Shown one piece after another: positions 49,857 to 62,535 of a stretch of 64,000 nucleotides of DNA. The stretch's first letter is position 1, and every line of letters starts with the position of its first letter. The position numbers were made by a program, and so were the translations under genes. The stretch is taken from NCBI GenBank assembly GCA_951406725.2, contig OX597814.1, positions 72,354,001 to 72,418,000 on the forward strand, in the 5' to 3' direction. This DNA comes from Octopus vulgaris (taxonomy: Eukaryota). Below the pieces are notes generated by a model. It did not search any database, was not told the DNA's origin, and saw nothing but the letters and a program-made list of their open reading frames with translations.

Positions 49857-52800
49857 CACTGGGGAACATGGATTTTGTTGCCTGTTGTTGGAAACATGTT
49901 TCCTAGTAATTTGGGGGTGTTGATTTCAAAAATGAAATCCATTTTGCTCTATAACATCAAGATTTCTCACAAACTCAAAGGATAGATTTGGCTTCATCAA
50001 ATGCCGACCAATGACATAACTTTGAAAACAGTTTTTCAATATCATTTAAAGTTAATGCAACTATAAAAGTCATATTTAAGTATCTTCAGTGAATAAAAAG
50101 TGCCAAACTTGATCAACTTTCACTATTTTCAATCCAGCCTGTTATAATTGTCATGGTAATAGAAATGTTCTTTGTACAGTTAGAGGTTAATAAACAACAC
50201 GTATCTGTGGTCCTTGACATCATACATGTTTCATATTTGTGGAATTTATCTGCAGATAAATTGATTGATTTTCATGTGACTATCATTGCAAACCAGATGA
50301 AACACATTTTGTTGAACCTTTAACTATTTCTTATGAAAAGTGGAATGTTGAATGCAATCTTAATGTTTTAATTAATGACAATTCTGAAAATGCTTTTCCC
50401 AGGTGACAACTAACTGGCTTGAATATAAGTTTTGTATTTCAGAAATATAGTCAACTGTGAGAGAAGAAAATGCAAAAAAGCCCCAATGTCTTCTGCTATA
50501 TTTGTAGACGTTACACTTTACCTAAGCAGTGAAACAAAATCAAAACTAGGTGATCAAAACAAAGCTTGAGCACTCCATATAGTATGTAAAGTATGTGTTG
50601 AAACACTGAAACAGTGACTATTTCAAATACTTAAGCAGAAAGTTTCCAGCTTTGTCTTGAGAGAAAATTAAGGTTGGTGTGTTTGTCAGGCCACAGATTA
50701 GGAGCCTATTGCAGAACAAGCAGTTTTGGAGATCATGTCTGGCATTAAAAAAAAAGCACGGAATACTTTTGCTGCAGTTGTGTCTGATTTCCTGGGAAAC
50801 AGGAAGTTGTCAAATTATGAAGAACTTGCACAGATCCTGTTAACCAGTTTTTGAGCAGTGGACTGAATTATAAGTCTAAAAGTGCATTTCCTGCAGTTAC
50901 CTGGACTACTTCCCTGAAAATCATAGTGCAATAAGTGATGACCTAGGAGGAAGATTCCATCAAGAATCCAGACCATGGAAACTAGATATCAAGGCAGGTA
51001 GAATACAAACATGATGGCTAACTACTGCTGGTCTCTGAAAAGAGACTGTCGTGATGCAAATTATTCACACAAAGCAGTAAAGAGAAGGTTCACTCCTTGA
51101 GTAGATGAAGTGCCAGTTTGACAGGAATATCTGTCCTAAGATGTGTAAGTAAACATTTTGCATAATATATTCGTTAAACAATAAAAATTACTATTTGGTT
51201 TTTGTTAGTTTCTTACATTTCAGTTTTGAATTTAGTTTTGCATCACAAAATCAGGTGATACACGGAGTCATACCCAATTACTGGTGTAGCAGCATAATAG
51301 TCAACTGCTACAAAGGTAAAGGTGACGCCCTAGATACAAATAATTACAGAGGTATCAAGCTGTTGGATCAGGTAATGAAGGTTACGGAGAGGGTCATAGC
51401 CCAACTAATTAGAGAGAGAGTTAGTTTAGATGAGATGCAGTTTGGGTTCGTGCCAGGGAAAAGTACCACTGATGCTATATTCCTGGTAAGGCAGCTGCAG
51501 GAGAAATACTAAGCTAAAGATAAGCCCCTGTACCTGGCTTTTGTTGACATGGAGAAAGCCTTCGACAGGGTCCCCCGATCCCTTATCTGGTGGTCAATGA
51601 GGAAACTAGGATAGATGAGTGGTTAGTGAGAGCTGTGCGAGCCATGTACAGGGATGCCGCTAGTAAGGTGAGGGTTGGCAACAAGTACAGTGAAGAATTC
51701 CGGGTAGAGGTAGAGGTCCACCATGGCTCAGTCCTCAGGCCCCTCCTATTTATGATAGTCCTCCAGGCAATAACAGAGGAATTCAAGACAGGATGCCCCT
51801 GGGAGCTCCTCTATGCTGATGACCTTGCTCTAATTACTGAGTCACTATCAGAACTGGAGAAGTTTCAGGTGTGGAAGCAAGGATTAGAATCGAAGGACCT
51901 TAGAGCTAAAACCAAAGTCCTAATAAGTAGGAAGGTAGACAAATCACAAATGCTTTCAGGTAGATGGCCCTGCTCGATCTGTAGAAAAGGTGTAGGTAGA
52001 AACTCTATAAGATGCACCAAGTGTAAGCTATGGACACATAAGAGGTGCAGCAATGTCAAAGGAAGGCTAACTAGGAAGATAGTTTTTGTATGTGGCAGAT
52101 GCTCAGGAGCAATAAACACTGAAAATGCTCTGAGACCAACTTCTGCCACATTCCAGAGAGAAAAACTAGAAATAGTCGATAGCTTCCACTACCTAGGTGA
52201 CCAAGTCAGTAGCAGGGGCGGGTGTGCTGAAAGTGTAACTGCTAGAGTAAGAATAGCTTGGTCAAAGTTCAGAGAGCTCTTACCTCTGCTGGTGACAAAA
52301 GGCCTCTCGCTCAGAGTAAAAGGCAGACTGTATGACGCGTGTGTACGAACAGCCATGCTACATGGCAGTGAAACATGGGCCGTGACTGCTGAGGATATGC
52401 GTAAGCTTGCAAGAAATGAAGCCAGTATGCTCCGATGGATGTGTAATGTCAGTGTTCATAATCGACAGAGTGTAAGTACCTTGAGAGAAAAGTTGGACCT
52501 AAGAAGCATCAGTTGTGGTGTGCAAGAGAGACGTTTGCGCTGGTATGGTCATGTGACGAGAATGGCTGAAGATAGTTGTGTGAAAAAGTGCCACACCCTA
52601 GCAGTTGAGGGAACCTGTAGAAGAGGCAGACCCAGGAAAACCTGGGACGAGGTGGTGAAGCACGACCTTCGAACTTTAGGTCTCACCGAGGAAATGACTA
52701 GAGACCGAGACCTTTGGAAGTATGCTGTGCATGAGAAGACCCAGCAGGACAAGTGAGACCATAACCCGTGGCCTCTACATGGGATGTAGCCAGTCCACTT

Positions 52801-53393
52801 ATGCATACCTTTCCTTCTTGGGACACAAAACTCTACTTGTAAAGACCTGTTGAGGCAAGTGAAAATCGAAATCGATCAACATCAATGGAAATTGCAGTTG
52901 TGATACCAGTGCCGGTGGTACATAAGAGAACCATCCGAACATGGCTGTTGCCAGCGCCGCCCCGACTGGCCTCGTGCCGGTGGCATGTAAAAAGCACCAT
53001 CCGATCGTGACCGTTTGCCAGCCTCGTCTGGCTCCTGTGCCAGTGGCACGTAAAAAGCACCCACTACACTCACGGAGTGGTTGGCGTTAGGAAGGGTATC
53101 CAGCCGTAGAAACATTGCCAGATCAGACTGGGCCTGGTGCAGCCTTCTGGCTTCCCAGACCCCAGTTGAACCGTCCAACCCATGCTAGCAAGGAAAGCGG
53201 ACGCTAAACGATGATGATGATGATTTAATGGCAAAATTGATAATTTTTGGTAAAAAGAGAATTCCTGTTTAATGAAAAACTTGACATGATAGAATATTTC
53301 TGAGGGAATTTCTGAACCCAAAACACTTCAAATTAGGTAGGACTAATTTTAAAAAGCAGGACAATTAAAATTTTTCAACAATGTTCTCCAGTA
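49857..53393 (+). mobile_element. CMC-Chapaev3-type DNA transposon, decayed, with a nested RTE
   Basis: TAA|CACTGGGGAACA ... TGTTCTCCAGTA|TTA; transposase remnants FCYIC, DQNKA*ALHIVCKVC, FLGNRK..NYEEL, SLKVHFL, LDYFPEN..AISD..G.RFHQ, METRYQG, MMANYCW. Confidence 0.78.
51250..53224 (+). mobile_element. 5'-truncated RTE-clade LINE (RT, PHD-like finger, 3'UTR, (GAT)n)
   Basis: ORFs 51195-51512 and 51590-52756 with LYADDL; tail GATGATGAT at ~53210-53224. Confidence 0.92.
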
Positions 53394-53845
53394 TTATCAA
53401 TAAAATAATAAAAGCAGCTGACCATCCCTATTGCTTATGGACAAACAATACAATTGTGCTTATTCAGAGAGTAAGCTGCAGGAAAAAACTTGACATGTTA
53501 AAAGAAAATTAACTGTAATTTTGAAATCGGTAAGCAAATTTTACTCTAAATCATGTGAGAAAGCAAACTCAACAGAAGTTACATTCAAAATTATTCCACT
53601 CTGCGTAATTTATAGGAATCACAGCACCAGTCAGAATAAAACATCTCAGTGAAGAAATCTAACACATGCACAAATGTAATTCCATTGTTACAAGCCTATT
53701 ATTTATGAAGTCCTTATCATCAAATAGTTTCTAAATATCTTGAAACAAATGAATCTTACTATTAAGGCATTGTTGTGAGCTTTACAATACTGGAACTGCT
53801 TAAGATACAATATGTCTGAAACAAATTGTTGTGAAAATTACTTAC

Positions 53846-53919
53846 AAATAGACAATGTAATATAATATAGCCCATGCTTCTTCGTGTATACCCTTGGTCT
53901 GTATAAAATGAAAGTTTAT
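53846..53919 (-). CDS. GPR107: GPR107/108 exon (INFHFIQTKGIHEEAWAILYYIVYL)
   Basis: Poly-T AG acceptor, GTAAG donor; 74 nt, phase 0-2. ExWAxxYYI motif. Confidence 0.92.
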
Positions 53920-54105
53920 CTAAAAAAAAAAAAAAGAACAATTATTTTGGAAATTGAACAGTGAGTTAATTCTACTAATTATTAATCTATAAGCGATAGT
54001 AGTCTGAGTGAAACTAGGCAAATGGAAACAGCATAGAAGCCTATTCGAAAGATTGTGCATATAATTTAAGAGATAAAGCCTTGTCACAGACTGTGTCACA
54101 CTGCT

Positions 54106-57100
54106 TAGGCATTCTCCTTGCGGAGAAATGGATGGATAAGGTCATAGAGGTTGTCAGGGTTTGCGATAGTGTGCTTAAGCTCAGGTTAGTCCTACAGAGC
54201 GGCACGGGTACGATTATCTCCGCCTATGCCCCACATGCAGGGCTATCAAATGATCAGAAGGACCACTTTTATGATACCCTTCTACAGGCTACCTCAAAGA
54301 CGAGTGGCAAGGACCTCATCTTTGTGGGTGGAGACTTTAATGGGCATGTTGGGCGGGAATCGGGTATCTTCACTGGGGTACACGGTGGCCATGGTATTGG
54401 CACCAGAAATGATGAAGGAACTAGACGACTGGAATTCTGTGATACATGTAACCTTTTAATCTGCAACACTAACTTCAGGAATCCTGACTGCCACCTTATA
54501 ACCTATCAGTCAGGGGACTCCGCAAGCCAAATAGACTTCATCCTCACCAGACAGCAGGATGCAGGGTTGCTCTTAAATACAAAGTCCCTCTCAGGTGAAG
54601 AATGTACCCCTCAGCATAGGCTAATCATTAGTGACTTTAGGCTTGAGACCAGAAGGATACCAAGAAACAGACCAATCCAGAAAAGAAGGATTTGGAAGCT
54701 AAAGAACCCTTCACATGGTCAGAGATTTAGGGACATCCTCATCAAGAAATTTGATGAGAGGGAGGAGGAGCTACAGACGTTGGACATAGAAGGTAGCAGG
54801 AAATTCCTACGGGACAGCTTGCTGAGTGCCTCAGACCAAGTCTGTGAATGGTGCAAAGTCCCTTCCAGAAATCTATTTGGCTAGCGGAGTCCCCTGACTG
54901 ATAGGTTATAAGGTGGCAGTCAGGATTCCTGAAGTTAGTGTTGCAGATTAAAAGGTTACATGTATCACAGAATTCCAGTCGTCTAGTTCCTTCATCATTT
55001 CTGATGCCAATACCATGGCCACCATGTACCCCAGTGAAGATACCCGATTCCTGCCCAATGGTAGTGGAATAGTACAGTAGACAATGCCATTAGTGCAAAG
55101 AAACAGGCCTGGAAAGCCTGGAGGGATGGAGGTAGCAGGGAACTGTACCAGGTAGCCAAAAGGGAGGCTGAGCAGCAGGTATACATAGCCAAAGATGTAG
55201 CAAAAAAGAAGAAGTTTGCCAATGTCCAGTGACGTGAGGACCAAAGAACTGAGGTATTTCGGATTGCTAGACAGTGTGTGAGAGAAAATAGTGATGTTAG
55301 AGGAGAGAAATGTGCCCGCATGGATGATGGTGCACTTGCTTTTAATGATGGTGAAAAGAAAGAGGCTTGGAGAAGCCATTATGAAAGACTGCTGAATGTG
55401 GAGAATGAATGGGAGGAGGAGAGCCTGCCAAACGTTGACCCAGTAGAAGGACCAGCTATCCGAATAGACAGCTCCCTTGTAGTTAAGGCAATTAAGGGTA
55501 TGAAACCAGGTAAAGCCCCTGGCCCATCAGGAATCACTGCTGAGATGCTTAAGACAGCTGGTTGTGTGGGCTATGGCCTAGTCACCCGCATTGTAAACCA
55601 GGTAGTTCAAATGGAGTCATACCCAATGACTGGCATAGCAGCACCATAGTCAACTGCTACAAAGGTAAAGGTGATGCTCTAGATAGAAATAACTACAGGG
55701 GTATTAAACTGTTGGATCAGGTGATGAAGGTCACAGAGAGGGTCATAACCTATCTCATTAGGGAGAGAATTTGCTTAGATGAGATGCAGTTCGGCTTTGT
55801 GCCGGGTAGAAGCACCACTGATGATATATTCCTGGTCCGACAACTTCAGGAGAAGTACCTAGCTAAAGATAAACCCCTCTACATAGCTTTTGTGGACTTG
55901 GAGAAAGCCTTTGACAGGGTCCCCCGATCCCTTATCTGGTGGTCAATGCGGAAACTGGAGATTGACAAATGGCTACTAAGGGCTGTATAGGCCCTATACA
56001 GAGAGGCTGTCAGCAAGGTTAGGATTGGCAACGAATATAGTGAAGAATTCCGGGTAGAAGTAGGTGTACATCAAGGTTCAGCCCTCAGTCCCCTTTTATT
56101 CATCATAGTCCTCCAGGCAATAACAGAGGAATTCAAAACAGGTTGCCCCCGGGAGCTCCTCTATACTGATGACCTGGCTCTCATAGCAGAATCACTACCG
56201 GAACTAGAAAAGAAATTTCGGGTGTGGAAGCAAGGGTTAGAATCAAAGAGCCTTAGAGTAAGTGTAGCAAAGACCAAAGTTATAGTTAGCAGAAATGTGA
56301 ATTCAGCACACACCCCCTCGGGCAGGTGGCCCTGCTCGATCTGTAGGAAAGGTGTAGGTAGAAACTCCATAATATGTACCCAGTGTAAGCTATGGACGCA
56401 TAAGAGGTGCAACATCAAAGGGAAATTAACTGACAAGATAGCTTTCATGTGCGGCAGATGCACAGGGACAATAGACACCACAGATACTCAGAAAACAGAT
56501 TCCATCACACTCCAGGGGAAGAAACTAGAAGTAGTTGATAGTTTCCGCTACCTGGGTGACCAAGTTAGTAGTGGAGGTGGATGCTCAGAGAGTGTCACCA
56601 CTAGAATACGAATAGCCTGGGCAAAGTTTAGAAAGCTCCTACCCCTACTAGCGACAAAGGGTCTCTCGCTCAGAGTGAAAGGTAGATGGTATGATGCATG
56701 TGTGCGAACTGCCATGCTTCACGGTAGTGAAACATGGGCTGTGACTGCAGAGGACATGCGTAGACTTGAAATAAATAAAGCTAACATGATCCGCTGGATG
56801 TGTAATGTCAGTGTGCGCGCACGGCAGAGTGTAAGCACCCTGAGAGAAATGCTGGACATAAGAAGCATCAGATGTGGTGTGCAAGAGCGACGCTTGCGAT
56901 GGTATGGTCACGTACTGCGGATGGATGAGGAGAGATGTGTGAAGAAGTGCCGCTCCTAAACAGTTGAAGGTATCAGGGGGAGAGGTAGACCCAGAAAGAC
57001 ATGGGATGAGGTAGTCAAGCATGACCTCAGAGTGTTGGGCCTCACAAAGGCAATGGCGAAGGACCGAGATCTCTGGAGATATGCTGTGACTGCAAAGACC

Positions 57101-57595
57101 CGGGCTGCTTCCTGCACCAGTCCCGCATAGCCCCTGCCAATTCAAAGTACCTTGGATTTCAGAACAACCCGCTGTGCTTGAGGAGACCTATTGAGTCAAG
57201 TACATGAACATCGAAATAAATATCAACAGAAATAGTAGTTGTGATACCTGTGCCGGTGGCACATAAAAAGCACCATCCGAACGTGGCCGATGCCAGCGCC
57301 GCCTCGACTGGCTTCTTTGCCGGTGGCACATAAAAAGCACCATCCGAGCGTGGCCGATGCCAGCGCCGCCTTGACTGGCTTCCGTGCCAGACTCTCCTGG
57401 CACCTGTGCCGGTGGCACGTAAAAAGCACCCACTACACTCGCGGAGTGGTTGGCGTTAGGAAGGGCATCTAGCTGTAGAAACACTACCAGATCAGACTGG
57501 AGCCTGGTGCAGCCTCCTGGCTTCCCAGACCCCGGTCAAACCGTCCAACCCATGCTAGCGCGGAAAACGGACATTAAACGATGATGATGATGATG
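54106..57595 (+). mobile_element. 5'-truncated RTE-clade LINE (APE + RT + 3'UTR) with an internal inverted duplication
   Basis: Closely related to 5765-10558; APE ORF 54081-54884, RT ORFs to 56959; (GAT)n tail. Confidence 0.92.
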
Positions 57596-57777
57596 TCTGT
57601 AGGATACTCAGCCACTTATATGTTAATTCAGGGGCAGAAAACTGAGTTGACTGAACAACATCTTTGTAACTTTATAATTCTAAAAAATTAATTACTGTAA
57701 AATAGGAAAAGTTGATGAACTCACAAATAGAGATCCTCTTTTTTTTTTAATCATAAAAGCCTCACAAATAAACTTAC

Positions 57778-57853
57778 AGCATGAAATAAACAGGAAATGC
57801 TTTTCACATAAACAACTCCAAGCATTAAATAATGCATTTTGTACACATCTTCA
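57778..57853 (-). CDS. GPR107: GPR107/108 exon (EDVYKMHYLMLGVVYVKSISCLFHA)
   Basis: AG/GTAAG; 76 nt, phase 2-0. VxKxHxLM...KS...FHA TM2 motif. Confidence 0.92.
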
Positions 57854-58029
57854 CTGCAAAAGAAATTGAGAATAACAATCAATAGAAATTCTAGCTGGAA
57901 TAGTTATTTAAAAATCACTAAAGAATAATAATTGTATCTACTTAATGGGAATTGAAATTATTTTCAATTAAACAACTAATTTAGGAATATCATTATAAAC
58001 TAAATGATAATATGTATCAAATTTAATTT

Positions 58030-60370
58030 ATTTTAAGTTTTGTTATTAGTTTGGTCCAGGAGATGTGCCCACAGCCATTGAAGATCCTCAAAGATCAGTG
58101 AGATTGACATGATTTATTTTCCTTTTGAACAGCTGCAAAAAAAATGAGCAGAAAAGGAATTGCAGGTCAACAATGAGAAGAGGAAGAACTTTAAATAGGG
58201 TTAGTGCAGTACGAATGCTTTGGGATGAGATATTGTAGTTGTTAAGACAAGTAAGTTGGAAGGGCCGGAGTAGAAGTGGCACAATAGCAGTCAATTCTGA
58301 GGGGCAGAAGACTGTTGTAGAAGATGTCCTAATAGGAAGAGCAAGGTTTTTATGAAAGGATTTCACACTATACTGAAGCAAAGAATGAACTGATTTCTTT
58401 TATTTAGGCACATGGACTTTATAAAGAGAGGACACCACAAGGACAAACCAAACAATACATGGGGTACATAAAAACATATAGCGATTGAATATGAAAATGA
58501 AAATAAAGAGAATATAATGGCTTACCTACCCCACAAAGTAGGAAGTTCCATTTTACTGTTTTTAAAATAAGTAATTATTTTCCAGTTTGTATCATGTTCG
58601 CAATGTCATATAATAAATGCCATTCAATCCTTGAATGCCATCACCAATGGCAATTCATCATATCTAAATCAGAGTGCTATTACTTCTATCCTGTCTCTGA
58701 ATATTTCTCTCAACCTCCAGCAACATCACTTTCCTATTACGATTCTCCTCCTTGTCGGCCAGCTTGATCCTTATAACACTTTTCATTTTGGAAATTCTCT
58801 TTTCTATTTCCACGCTCTTTCCATAACAAACCATCACTCTTTTATGTTTCTCCTTCGGTGGCTTTCTCGGCTGTACCACCTCGCTCTCTTCCTCTGTTGC
58901 TAGTATTTCCGTCTCTGTTTGTTCCTCCTTCTCACTTTCAAGTCTCTTCTTCCATCTTTCCTCCTCCTTACTACTTGAAGGCTCCGGTCTTTGCGTTCGT
59001 TCTCCCGTTGGTATCTCATTTTTTTTACATTCTTATTTTCCTCCGGCTTTCTTTTCTTTTTAGGTGGAGATTCTACATTACTTTTCTTTCTTTCTACCAC
59101 CATAAATTGTTCCTCTATTTTCTCCTCCTCTACAGCTGTATTCTCTTCTTGCATTTCTGTTTATATTATTTCCTCCTCATGTTTCTGGGGACACTTGGCC
59201 TGCATGTGTCCCCTTACTCCACATGCAAAACATATTGGAGGTTTACCCTCCACAACAATCCTTAATCTGGTCTTGTCAGGTAAAACCAGCTCTTCCACAA
59301 TCTTATGAAGGTCTGGCAGGCTTATATGGACCATTACTTCTAGCCCATGTTCCAATCAGTTCACCTCTGTAGTCTTCAACATTTTTAAAACTTCTGTATC
59401 TTCCTCTGTATGATAGAGGATGGCTGCCACCAGTCATGTCTCATCAATTTCAGGGGGCACTCTACCTATCCTTACTCTGGCCACACGAAGCAAAGAATGA
59501 ACTGGTCATGACTATCCAAAAATAAAGGTGCTGAACTCTAGAGTGAATATCAAGTGAGCTTTGTATAGAATTAATAACTTAGGAGCTGAAGTATTTTAAC
59601 TCTGAAGAAGAAAGTCAGTGTTTGTGATGCAATCTTTACCATGTTGATGATGTGTGTTCATCAGGAGAAATCCTCAGTGATGGTGAGGTCTAGCATTTGT
59701 ATTGACCTTGAGGGTTCTGGCTCATTCAATTTCATGTTCAGCAGTGGGCTACAATATTGTTTCTTTGATATGTAGAGTTTAACTTCATGCTGTTGAAAGT
59801 CTCTTTGTGGAGTCAGATTTAGGTGGAGAAGGCTTGTGTATAGAAGGTTAGAAAAGAATGAGAGGCAGTTGTTGGAAATGATAAGAACATCATTGATGTA
59901 TAAAAGAAAGTGTGTGGATAAGAAAACTAAACTTTGTAGTTCAGCAGAGTTGAAAAAGTGCAAGGGATCAGAGAAAGCTCCATCTACAATAGTGCAATCA
60001 GGAAAACACTGATCCAAAAGATGGGAGATGGATGGAGCTAATTGGCAAGTGGTTTAGCTTCGAGATTTTCCTGCCAGTCATGATCAAATGTTTTGCTAAT
60101 ATCAAGTATAACAACACTGTTTCACAGAATTGCTTAAGGATGAGAGCCAACTGGTGAGTGACATAGGAGAGCAGATGTCCAGTAGATCTGGTTTTAGGAA
60201 AGATGTACTAGTGAAGGTGTACTAGTTATTTCTTGCAGGAGGAGCAACCACATTAAGGTCCTCCATTAGCTTGTTGTTGTCATCTTTAAGTATTGGAAGC
60301 GAGAGTGACAGGTCAATGTCTGGCAAGGTCAGAGGAATTGTCTTTTTTGGGGAATGAGAATGTTTCCAAA
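58030..60370 (-). mobile_element. Old CR1/Jockey-group LINE remnant interrupted by an ORF1-like element
   Basis: Decayed IPKK..SD...RP.L RT start near 60300-60360; LYIND-like motif in ORF 59661-60017; 3' region at 58030-58390. Confidence 0.5.
58392..59490 (-). mobile_element. L1/Tx1-like ORF1 (zinc-knuckle) element without an adjacent ORF2
   Basis: RIVVEGKPPICFACGVRGHMQAKCP (CX2CX4HX4C), then a K/R/E-rich tail; ends AAATAAAAGAAATC on -. Confidence 0.6.
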
Positions 60371-60455
60371 GTAATAGTAGTATATAAAAAGGAACTTATG
60401 TGCAAAAGAGATTTCAAATCAAATAAAGTATATGAAAAAACAAAATTCTTCTTAC

Positions 60456-60589
60456 CTTGAGCGTTGGAGCACAAAAAGCCAGGCACATCCAGTCAAGAAA
60501 AATGCAAAGCTACAAACAAAATTAAGCATTGGCAAAGGCATATCACCAGCAGAGAGATAATTTCCATTGTTATCTTCTATAAGAATTAA
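60456..60589 (-). CDS. GPR107: GPR107/108 exon (LILIEDNNGNYLSAGDMPLPMLNFVCSFAFFLTGCAWLFVLQRS)
   Basis: AG/GTAAG; 134 nt, phase 0-2. YLSAGxxPLP motif preceding TM1 of the lung 7TM family. Confidence 0.93.
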
Positions 60590-60984
60590 CTGAAAAATAA
60601 TGAAAAAAAAAAAAAAAATATTGAAGTGTTATAAAAATGAAACAAGTTTAAAAAACACTAAGTATTTATTCCTTTCTGACTTCAAAACGTTTAATTTTAA
60701 TTGCAACATTAAATTATTGAGCTCATCAGTTTCTAGTTAATTGTGCACCATACAACACTTTTTCGATTATCTGCTCTTTGTCATTTAATAAAGCATGACA
60801 AGTCAAGACATTTTACAATTCAAACTTCTGAATTAGGAATGAAACCATAAGAAAATTCTAAATTTTTATCTAACTGTATTTGTTGCAACTTTGAGCAAAT
60901 ATTTGACAAAAACAATAAAGAATGGAAACCAATAAGTTTTAGGAAAACCTTGTTACAAATCCAAACTGTGCCTCATCTAAGCTG

Positions 60985-61440
60985 GTTTACTTCCTAATTA
61001 ATTGTGCTGATACTCTCTCCATCACTTTCATAACCTGGTTTGATATCTCTGTAGTTGCTTTTTTTCCAGAATATCTCCTTTGCCCTTGTAACAGCTGACG
61101 GCTGTACTGCTGTACCAGTCATTGGGTATGACAACTCTTTGTATTTTCTGGTTGATTATGCAAGTGGCTAGTTTGAGCCTTACTTCACAAGATATTTTCA
61201 GTACCTTAATCTTCCTGACAGACCTGCTGCATTTCTCTTCTTCATATCTTTAATGACTATTTTGACCATATAACTGTCAACTTCAATATCTGGTCCCTTT
61301 TGTCGGGTATTCCCACCCACACATTTTCCACATTCAGCAGCCTCTTGTAATAACATTTCAACATTTCATTCTTCTCATAATTAGAGAAGGTTTGTGTGCC
61401 ATTGTCAGTTTTTAATATATTGTTTCTCAACTACCTCCTC
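60985..61440 (-). mobile_element. Old RTE fragment
   Basis: Decayed CYKGKGD..NYRDIK and MLLQEAAECG(K)CVG region homologous to the RTE copies. Confidence 0.6.
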
Positions 61441-61871
61441 GGACAATGTAGTCTTAGACACACAATGCATGAGACAAGGCTCTATTCATTCAGGCTAATC
61501 TCTGAGTGAAGAATAATAAAAATAACAGCAAGAATTTTTTAAAAATTGTCATAAAACTTCAGATAAAATGAAATCCTACCTCTCCTCATTTGATACAACT
61601 ATATAGCTCTCCATAAAATGAAAACAATAAATAAAGGTAAAGATATTTTTTTTCATCATAATACAAACAATTATTTTACTTCTATATTAGCCTTACTGAA
61701 CCACTGAACACTCCATACATATATTCAACACTACAGACATATCACTCTATATTTAATCAAAAAGCAGTTTTTCATTTCATGCTAGCAACACATTAAAAAG
61801 GCTTTTGGTGCTGAGAAAAAGCCAGCTTATAAAATATTACTCAAATATAGAGGAATATAAATTACACTTAC

Positions 61872-61973
61872 AGATAAATTAACAGCTGAATTTGCTCCCT
61901 TGTAATTAATACAGTTGTGAAAGAACAAATTGTACAAGCCCTCTTCATTGTCTTTCTTTACAGAAACAAGGAA
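61872..61973 (-). CDS. GPR107: GPR107/108 exon (FLVSVKKDNEEGLYNLFFHNCINYKGANSAVNLS)
   Basis: AG/GTAAGT boundaries; 102 nt. EGLYxLxFHxC motif of GPR107/108. Confidence 0.92.
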
Positions 61974-62535
61974 CTGAATTTAAAAACAATAACTTCAAAA
62001 TATTAATATCAATGATATGCAAAAAAAGTTTTGGCATAAAAAATTGTAGATCAGTGTAATATAAATCTAAAATTATAGATGTCTTAATTAGCAAGTCCAC
62101 ACAAGTCAATACCTTTAATATGGGGACTCAGTACAACCAAACATGACTCAAAACTTTGCTATTTAATATGATTGTTGATGTATCTTAAAATCCTGAAAAT
62201 ATTAATATTTTAGATATTGATACAATACAGATCAATTTTCAAAACAAATTATCTGTGTAGATTTTCTCTGACAATTTCAGGACATTATAGCTAACAGTGT
62301 TCAAAGGTATAATAAATTTGCTTATCAAACACAAACTAGAATTTAGAGGAACTCACCCTACAATTTTAATTTTAATTTCATTTCCGATAATAATTTAAAC
62401 AATATAACAAAATTTTAAGTTGCATAAAATGATATTGGCAGAAATGTTTGGCATACAGAATATATCAAATAAATGCATTAAAGTTTATTATGTTAGAATG
62501 AAAGCAGGACAAAACAGAAGAAAATTAAACCTTAC

